64,000 bases of DNA from Deltaproteobacteria bacterium. Its GTDB lineage: Bacteria; Myxococcota_A; UBA9160; SMWR01. Position 1 is the stretch's first letter. Every line of letters begins with the position of its first letter. The notes under the pieces were generated by a model. It was not told the origin of the DNA. It saw only the letters and a list, made by a program, of their open reading frames with translations, and ran no database searches. The stretch is from NCBI GenBank assembly GCA_032128115.1, contig JAQBHB010000036.1:5872-69871 (forward strand), read 5' to 3'. The position numbers were made by a program, and so were the translations under genes. Shown in pieces: positions 58,990 to 64,000 of this stretch.

Positions 58990-59090
58990 GGATGGGCGCT
59001 CCCGTCGGGGCAGCGGCCCCAGGGTATCCGATTCCGGCGCTCGGGACGGGGTTACCTGCCCCGGGGCCGCCAGCGTGCGCAGCGCGCGAA

Positions 59091-59786
59091 TCAGCCCGAC
59101 GCGAGCCCGCGCAGGATGATCTCCATCAGGGCGTCGGCGGTCTTCTTGGGCGAGGCCGCGATCTGGCCCATCACGTCCGGCTGCGAGAACTCGCGGCCGA
59201 GTCCGCCCAGCAGGTGCGCCATGGCCACGCTGTCCACCGGGCGGATCTGCCCATCGGCCACGGCGCGGTCCAGCAGGCTCCGGGTCACCGCCATCACGTA
59301 GCCCTCGTGGGCGTCCAGCAGCGGCTTGGCCCCGGGCAGATCGGCGAAGTCGCGACTGAACGCGGCCGTGGAGGGCTGCACGGCTTCGTTCACCGCCTCC
59401 AGGTAGGCGCGCAGGGCCTGAAGCGCCGGCAGGGTCGGGTCGAGCGATTCGATCGCGGCGCGCCCGATCCGGTGCAGACGGCGATCGACCACGGTGAGCA
59501 CCAGCTGGTCCTTGCCGGGCGAGATCTCGTACAGGGTGCGCAGCGAGCAACCCACCTGGCCCGCGATCTCGGCCATGGTGAGGTCCGCCAGACCGCTGCG
59601 CACCACCAGCTCCTCGAGCGCGTCGAGCACCTGACGCTGGCGCTCGGTGAGCCGCTGCTCGGCGTCCGGGGGCAGCAAGGGCTTCGGCGCGCGCACACCG
59701 GGCAAACGCGCGTGGGTGTGGCGGGCCGCGGGCGCGGTCAAGGGAGCAGCGCCTCGGGGATTTCCACGACCCGGGCCCGCAGCCAC
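59091..59786 (-). CDS. TetR-family transcriptional regulator
   Basis: HTH LADLTMAEIAGQVGCSLRTLYEISPGKDQL. ATG 59786 would overlap the upstream gene by 49 nt. GTG 59696 is a non-overlapping alternative start. Confidence 0.8.
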   Translation of the reverse strand: MAAGPGRGNPRGAAPLTAPAARHTHARLPGVRAPKPLLPPDAEQRLTERQRQVLDALEELVVRSGLADLTMAEIAGQVGCSLRTLYEISPGKDQLVLTVVDRRLHRIGRAAIESLDPTLPALQALRAYLEAVNEAVQPSTAAFSRDFADLPGAKPLLDAHEGYVMAVTRSLLDRAVADGQIRPVDSVAMAHLLGGLGREFSQPDVMGQIAASPKKTADALMEIILRGLASG

Positions 59787-61495
59787 TCGCCCAGGCTCTT
59801 GGCCTGGGGGTCCTGGCGCGTCGAGGCGGCGACGCCTTCGTCCAACAGGCCGTGGACCACGAAGTTGAGCGAGCGCAGGGCGGGCAGCCGGTAGCGGTCC
59901 AGCTGGAGGTCGGCGATCTCCCCGAGCAGTTCGCGCAGCCGGTCGCTGGTGAGGAAGCCGTCGAGCCAGGCCCAGGCCTCGTCGCTGCGTGCGAACACTC
60001 CCAGGTTGGCGTTGCCGCCCTTGTCGCCCGAGCGCGCTCCCACCACCACGCCGAGCGGCGCAAGCCGGGTGGGGCCGCCGGGTGCCTCCGCCGACGGGCC
60101 CGGCGGCAGCTGCAGCGAGACCTCACCCGGCGGGATCACCGACTCCACCTGCGACGTCTCCCCGCCCACGAGCACGACTTCCTGGGGTACCGCCTCGGCG
60201 GGCACACGCGCCGGCTCGTAGACGCCGAAGGGCCGTCCCGCGGAAGGGCCTCCCCCCACGCCGAAGAACCCGGGGATCGTGGCGAGCCCCAACTCGATCA
60301 CCGCGTTCGAGAAGGCGCGCCCCACCTTGTTCTCGTCCGGATCCTTGACGCTGATCTTGAGAATCGCCACCGCCTGTTCGTTGCTGGCCGGGTCGGGTTG
60401 ATCCGTGCGGATGAGACGCGTGGTGACCTGCGCGAAGTCGCTGGGCGCGAACGGGCACGCCACCCAGAAGGCATCCTCGATGAGCTTCGCCTTGGCCTCG
60501 ATGTCGAGACCGGTGAGGCAGACGTTCATGTCGTTGCGGAAGCCTCCAGAGCGGTTCAGGCAGACCTTGAGGGTCGCCGGCGGCGGCTCGCCCTGGATGC
60601 CGTGCATGCGCACCCGGTCGGGCGCGATCTCTTCCAGCTGGATGCTGTCGAAGCGGGTGGTGACGTCGGGCCCGAAATACTCGGGGCCGGCGATTTCATA
60701 CAGCAGCTGCGATGTGACGGTTCCGATCGAGACCTGGCCGCCGGTGGCCTCGTGCTTGCCGATCACGCTCGTGCCGTCCGCTGCGACTTCCGCCCACGGG
60801 AAACCCACGCGGGCCATGCCCGGCACCTCGGTGAAGAAGGAGTAATTGCCGCCGGTGGCCTGGGTGCCGCACTCGATCACATGGCCCGCGGCCACGGCGC
60901 CGGCCAGGGCGTTCCAGTCGCTTCGCTGCCAGCCGTGGTGCCAGGCGGCGGGACCGCATACCACCGCGGCGTCGGTAACGCGACCCGTGATCACGATGTC
61001 GGCGCCGCGATCCAGGGCATCGACGATGCCCCAGCACCCCAGGTAGGCATTTGCGGTCAGGAACCTGGAGGTGTCCTTGATGGGCTCGCCCGTCTCGAAG
61101 TGGGTGAGTTGGTTGCCGGCCACCAGGTCCGGGAGCCGGGACATGAGATCGTCTCCGCGCACGTAGGCGATCTTCGGATGCAGGCCGAGCTCTTCCGCCA
61201 GCTTCGCCACTGCGTTGGCGCAGCCGTCCGGGTCGAGGCCGCCCGCGTTCGAGACCACCTTGATGCCGCGGTCCAGGCACGTCCCCATGACCTGCTCCAT
61301 CTGGGTGACGAAGGTGTGGGCGTAGCCGCCTCCGGGTCGCTTCATGCGGGTGCGGGCCAGGATCAGCATGGTGAGTTCGGCCAGCCAGTCGCCGGTCAGG
61401 ACGTGAATGGGGCCGCCCTCCACCATCTCTCTTGCGGCCGAGAGCCGGTCTCCGAAGAAGCCCGAGCAGTTCGCGATCCGAATGGGCTCTGCCAT
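59738..61495 (-). CDS. DUF1446 (AtuA-like, acyclic-terpene-utilisation family) protein, 585 aa
   Basis: Tail of track ORF 59738..63373 from ATG 61495, which shares one base with the carboxylase TGA. N-terminus MAEPIRIANCSGFFGDRLSAAREMVEGGPIHVLTGDWLAELTM and GHVIECGTQATGGNY are typical of AtuA/DUF1446. Confidence 0.8.
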   Translation of the reverse strand: MAEPIRIANCSGFFGDRLSAAREMVEGGPIHVLTGDWLAELTMLILARTRMKRPGGGYAHTFVTQMEQVMGTCLDRGIKVVSNAGGLDPDGCANAVAKLAEELGLHPKIAYVRGDDLMSRLPDLVAGNQLTHFETGEPIKDTSRFLTANAYLGCWGIVDALDRGADIVITGRVTDAAVVCGPAAWHHGWQRSDWNALAGAVAAGHVIECGTQATGGNYSFFTEVPGMARVGFPWAEVAADGTSVIGKHEATGGQVSIGTVTSQLLYEIAGPEYFGPDVTTRFDSIQLEEIAPDRVRMHGIQGEPPPATLKVCLNRSGGFRNDMNVCLTGLDIEAKAKLIEDAFWVACPFAPSDFAQVTTRLIRTDQPDPASNEQAVAILKISVKDPDENKVGRAFSNAVIELGLATIPGFFGVGGGPSAGRPFGVYEPARVPAEAVPQEVVLVGGETSQVESVIPPGEVSLQLPPGPSAEAPGGPTRLAPLGVVVGARSGDKGGNANLGVFARSDEAWAWLDGFLTSDRLRELLGEIADLQLDRYRLPALRSLNFVVHGLLDEGVAASTRQDPQAKSLGEWLRARVVEIPEALLP

Positions 61496-63456
61496 CACGC
61501 GTCTCCTTCCGCTGTCTCGTCCCTGACGGGATCCACCACCAGCAGCAGGGCGCCGTTGTCCACCTGTTCGCCCACGGCCACGTGCACCTCGGCAACGACG
61601 CCGTCTTCCGGCGCCGTGATGGGATGCTCCATCTTCATGGCCTCGAGGACGACCAGCGTTTGACCCGCGCGGACCGCGGCGCCCACCGACACGCGCACGT
61701 CGATCACCTTGCCCGGCATGGGGGCGACGAGTCCGCCCGAAGTCTTCTCGGCACCGGGTACCTGGAAGCGCGGCCGCACTCTCAGCTCCACGTCGCCGTG
61801 GGAGCCCTGGATCACCAGCCGATCGCCAGCGCGGCTCACTCGCGAGCCGAGTCTTCGCCCCTCGATCTCGAGATCGATGGACGCGGGACTCCAGGCGTGG
61901 ATCCGGGCGTGGGAGCCATTGCCCAGGCGGAAGCGGCCGTCGCGGAGCGCCCGGTAGCGAACGACGATCTCGCGCTTCCCGACCTGGAACTCGAGCTTCT
62001 GGTCCGGGAGCCGCGCGTTGCGCCAGCCCGAGGGCGCGTCGCCGAGCACAGCTGCCTCGGCGCGGTTCGCCCCCTGGATCCACAGGGCCGCCACGTGCGC
62101 CACACGCTCGAGCGCCTCTTCCGAAAGCTCGAGAGATCGCGGCAGCGCCACCCGCTCGATGAAGTCGGTGGTGGTGTCGCCGGCCAGGAACTCCGGCGTG
62201 CGCAGGACCGCCACCAGGAAGTCGCGATTGGTGGTGACACCGCCCAGGTGGGTGCGCGAAAGTGCCAGGGCCAGTCGGCCGGCCGCCTCGGCGCGGGTGG
62301 GTGCAAAGGCGATCACCTTGGCCAGCATGGGGTCGAAGTCCACGCCGATGACCGAGCCCGCTGCGACTCCCGAGTCCCAGCGCACCTGGGGAGAGGGGGC
62401 CGGCTCGAAGGCGATCAGGGTTCCAGTCGCCGGAAGGAACCCCGCCGCCGGATCTTCCGCGTAGAGGCGCGCTTCGATGGCGGCGCCGCTCCAGGCGACG
62501 TCGTCCTGCCCGTAACCCAGCGGCTCCCCGGCGGCGATGCGCAGTTGTTCCCGCACCAGATCGATACCCGTCACCGCCTCGGTGACGGGGTGCTCCACCT
62601 GGAGTCGGGTATTCACCTCGAGGAAGAAGAACGCGCCCGAGTCGTCGTCTACCAGGAACTCGACGGTGCCCGCCGATTGGTAGCCCAACCCCTGCGCGAG
62701 CTTCAGCGCCGCATCGCCCATGGCGCTGCGCAGTGCCGGATCGAGGCGAGGCGACGGCGACTCCTCCAGGATCTTCTGGTGGCGACGCTGGATCGAGCAC
62801 TCGCGCTCGCCAAGGTGCACGATCTTGCCGTGCTGATCGCCCAGGATCTGGATCTCCACGTGACGCGCGCGGGTCACGTAGTGCTCGAAAAAGACCCGAT
62901 CGTCGCCGAAGGAACTCGCGGCCTCGCGTTTCGCCGCGGCCACGGCCTCCTGGAGGTCCGCTGGTACCTTCACGATCCGCATGCCCTTGCCGCCGCCGCC
63001 CGCGGCCGCCTTCACCAGCAGCGGATAACCCAGGTCCTTGGCACCGCTGATGTCGTCGCAGGAGGGAAGGGTGGGTACGCCCGATTCGATCGCCAGCGCC
63101 TTGGCGGCCAGCTTGTCGCCCATGCGTTCGATGGCCTCGGGGGTGGGGCCCACCCAGACCAGGCCCGCCGCCGCCACGTCGCTCGCGAAGCTGGCGTTCT
63201 CGGCGAGGAATCCGTAGCCGGGGTGGATGGCCTCCGCCCCGGTGGCGCGCGCCGCGTCGAGAATGGCTTTGCCGTCGAGATAACCGGCGGATCCGGCCGG
63301 CAGGCGCACCGCCTCGTCGGCGTCCGCCACGTGCGGCGCATCGGCGTCCGCGTCCACGTAGACCGCGATACATCGGATGCCCATGTCGTGGGCGCTTCGG
63401 ATCACCCGACGCGCAATCTCGCCCCGATTCGCCACCAGGAGGCTGGTGAAACTCAC
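61495..63456 (-). CDS. biotin-dependent acyl-CoA carboxylase alpha subunit (biotin carboxylase + BCCP; methylcrotonyl-/geranyl-CoA carboxylase type)
   Basis: 653 aa, GTG start. LLVANRGEIARRVIR, ATP-grasp GYPLLVKAAAGGGGKGMR, EMNTR-like LEVNTRLQVEHPVTE, and C-terminal biotinyl motif LVVLEAMKMEHPI. Confidence 0.92.
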   Translation of the reverse strand: MSFTSLLVANRGEIARRVIRSAHDMGIRCIAVYVDADADAPHVADADEAVRLPAGSAGYLDGKAILDAARATGAEAIHPGYGFLAENASFASDVAAAGLVWVGPTPEAIERMGDKLAAKALAIESGVPTLPSCDDISGAKDLGYPLLVKAAAGGGGKGMRIVKVPADLQEAVAAAKREAASSFGDDRVFFEHYVTRARHVEIQILGDQHGKIVHLGERECSIQRRHQKILEESPSPRLDPALRSAMGDAALKLAQGLGYQSAGTVEFLVDDDSGAFFFLEVNTRLQVEHPVTEAVTGIDLVREQLRIAAGEPLGYGQDDVAWSGAAIEARLYAEDPAAGFLPATGTLIAFEPAPSPQVRWDSGVAAGSVIGVDFDPMLAKVIAFAPTRAEAAGRLALALSRTHLGGVTTNRDFLVAVLRTPEFLAGDTTTDFIERVALPRSLELSEEALERVAHVAALWIQGANRAEAAVLGDAPSGWRNARLPDQKLEFQVGKREIVVRYRALRDGRFRLGNGSHARIHAWSPASIDLEIEGRRLGSRVSRAGDRLVIQGSHGDVELRVRPRFQVPGAEKTSGGLVAPMPGKVIDVRVSVGAAVRAGQTLVVLEAMKMEHPITAPEDGVVAEVHVAVGEQVDNGALLLVVDPVRDETAEGDA

Positions 63457-64000
63457 AGCCTGAACACCCCGTATCCGTCGGTGCCTTTGACTGCCTGGTT
63501 GCGCACGATGGACAGGCAGATTCCCAGCACCGTGCGCGTATCGCGGGGATCGATGATGCCGTCGTCGCTGATGGCGCCCGTGGCTGCCAGCGCCAGCGAT
63601 CCCTTTTCCTGGATCGCCTCCACCATCTCTACCATCCGGGCGTCGGCCTCCTCGTCAAAGGGTTCGCCCTTCCGGGCCGCTCGGGCGCGGCGTACGATCG
63701 ACATCACCCCTGCGATCTGCTTGGGTCCCATCACGGCGATCTTGGCCGTGGGCCAAAGGAACGTGAAGCGATTGTCGTAGGCACGGCCAGACATGGCGTA
63801 GGTGCCCGCTCCGTAGGACGCGCCGAAGATCACGGTCAGGTGTGGCACGTTCGAGTTCGCGACCGCGTTGATCATTTGCGAGCCCTTTTTGATGATGCCC
63901 GCCTGCTCGAAGTCGCGACCCACCACGAACCCGGTCAGGTTCTGGAGGAAGAGCAGCGGCGTGTCGATCTGGTTGCAGAGCTGAACGAAGTGGGCGGCCT
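63453..64000 (-). CDS. acyl-CoA carboxylase carboxyltransferase (beta) subunit, 3' part; 5' end beyond the window
   Basis: The reading frame stays open to base 64000 (..AAHFVQLCNQIDTPLLFLQNLTGFVVGRDFEQAGIIKKGSQMINAV..PHLTVIFGASYGAGTYAM..FLWPTAKIAVMG..). Its stop overlaps the alpha-subunit start by 4 nt. Confidence 0.9.
   Translation of the reverse strand, partial: AAHFVQLCNQIDTPLLFLQNLTGFVVGRDFEQAGIIKKGSQMINAVANSNVPHLTVIFGASYGAGTYAMSGRAYDNRFTFLWPTAKIAVMGPKQIAGVMSIVRRARAARKGEPFDEEADARMVEMVEAIQEKGSLALAATGAISDDGIIDPRDTRTVLGICLSIVRNQAVKGTDGYGVFRL

Noticed and set aside
57686-60126. Upstream extensions of track ORFs 57257..58750 and 57682..60126
   Set aside because: The real kinase and phosphatase domains begin at 57685 and about 58989. 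The remainder is Arg/Pro-rich read-through that overlaps the phosphatase and the TetR gene in other frames.
1-64000. CRISPR arrays, rRNA genes, transposases, integrases, prophage or toxin-antitoxin/defence modules
   Set aside because: I looked for regularly spaced repeats and for hallmark protein motifs (DDE, tyrosine recombinase RHRY, Cas, terminase, capsid) in all listed ORFs and found none. The only tandem repeats are two 2-copy duplications.
59738-64000. Calling the carboxylase specifically geranyl-CoA carboxylase (AtuC/AtuF)
   Set aside because: The alpha and beta sequences seen here fit methylcrotonyl-CoA carboxylase equally well. Specificity cannot be decided without alignment of the beta-subunit specificity residues and the missing upstream genes.

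Overview
High-GC bacterial chromosomal segment (G+C judged by eye, not computed). It is densely coding: about 60 supported CDS and 2 tRNA genes. I saw no rRNA, CRISPR array, transposase, integrase or phage genes. All family calls come from motifs read in the supplied translations; no database search was run.

Gene content, left to right:
- A tRNA-His/tRNA-Arg pair next to a small XRE regulator.
- An aa3-type cytochrome c oxidase operon: diheme cytochrome c, an unlisted 34-aa micro-ORF, CoxB, CoxA, CoxC, subunit IV, a second subunit-III-like protein and a small CxxC membrane protein, with DUF420 upstream.
- A secreted sulfatase-LamG-dockerin-like protein and a 985-aa secreted beta-propeller protein carrying a CxxCH motif.
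- A set of acyl-transfer and amide-hydrolysis genes.
- A DUF1800/DUF1501 pair.
- A DapF-like protein in which both catalytic Cys are Ser.
- An envelope glycosylation cluster: two GT-C-like proteins, a methyltransferase, a GT2 and a DUF2304 protein.
- An igr/Chs-like side-chain beta-oxidation cassette.
- GlpD, a PEP-CTERM protein behind a near-consensus sigma-54 promoter, an AGPS-like flavoenzyme and a ferredoxin reductase.
- Two paralogous COG1033-type RND permeases with a LolA-like protein, an outer-membrane barrel, a TetR regulator and a 1034-aa wHTH-ATPase-TPR regulator.
- An Mla/Mce-type lipid ABC transporter.
- An AtuA-like gene coupled to an acyl-CoA carboxylase.

My best candidate for an undescribed system is at 53870-58989. 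A complete partner-switching module (GAF-PP2C phosphatase, RsbW-like kinase, STAS protein with a DSSG phospho-site) is translationally coupled to that Mla/Mce transporter, and no sigma factor is encoded anywhere in the window.

Smaller oddities: two short perfect or near-perfect tandem duplications that each span the stop codon of a minus-strand gene, and an E2-type acyltransferase whose catalytic His is Glu.
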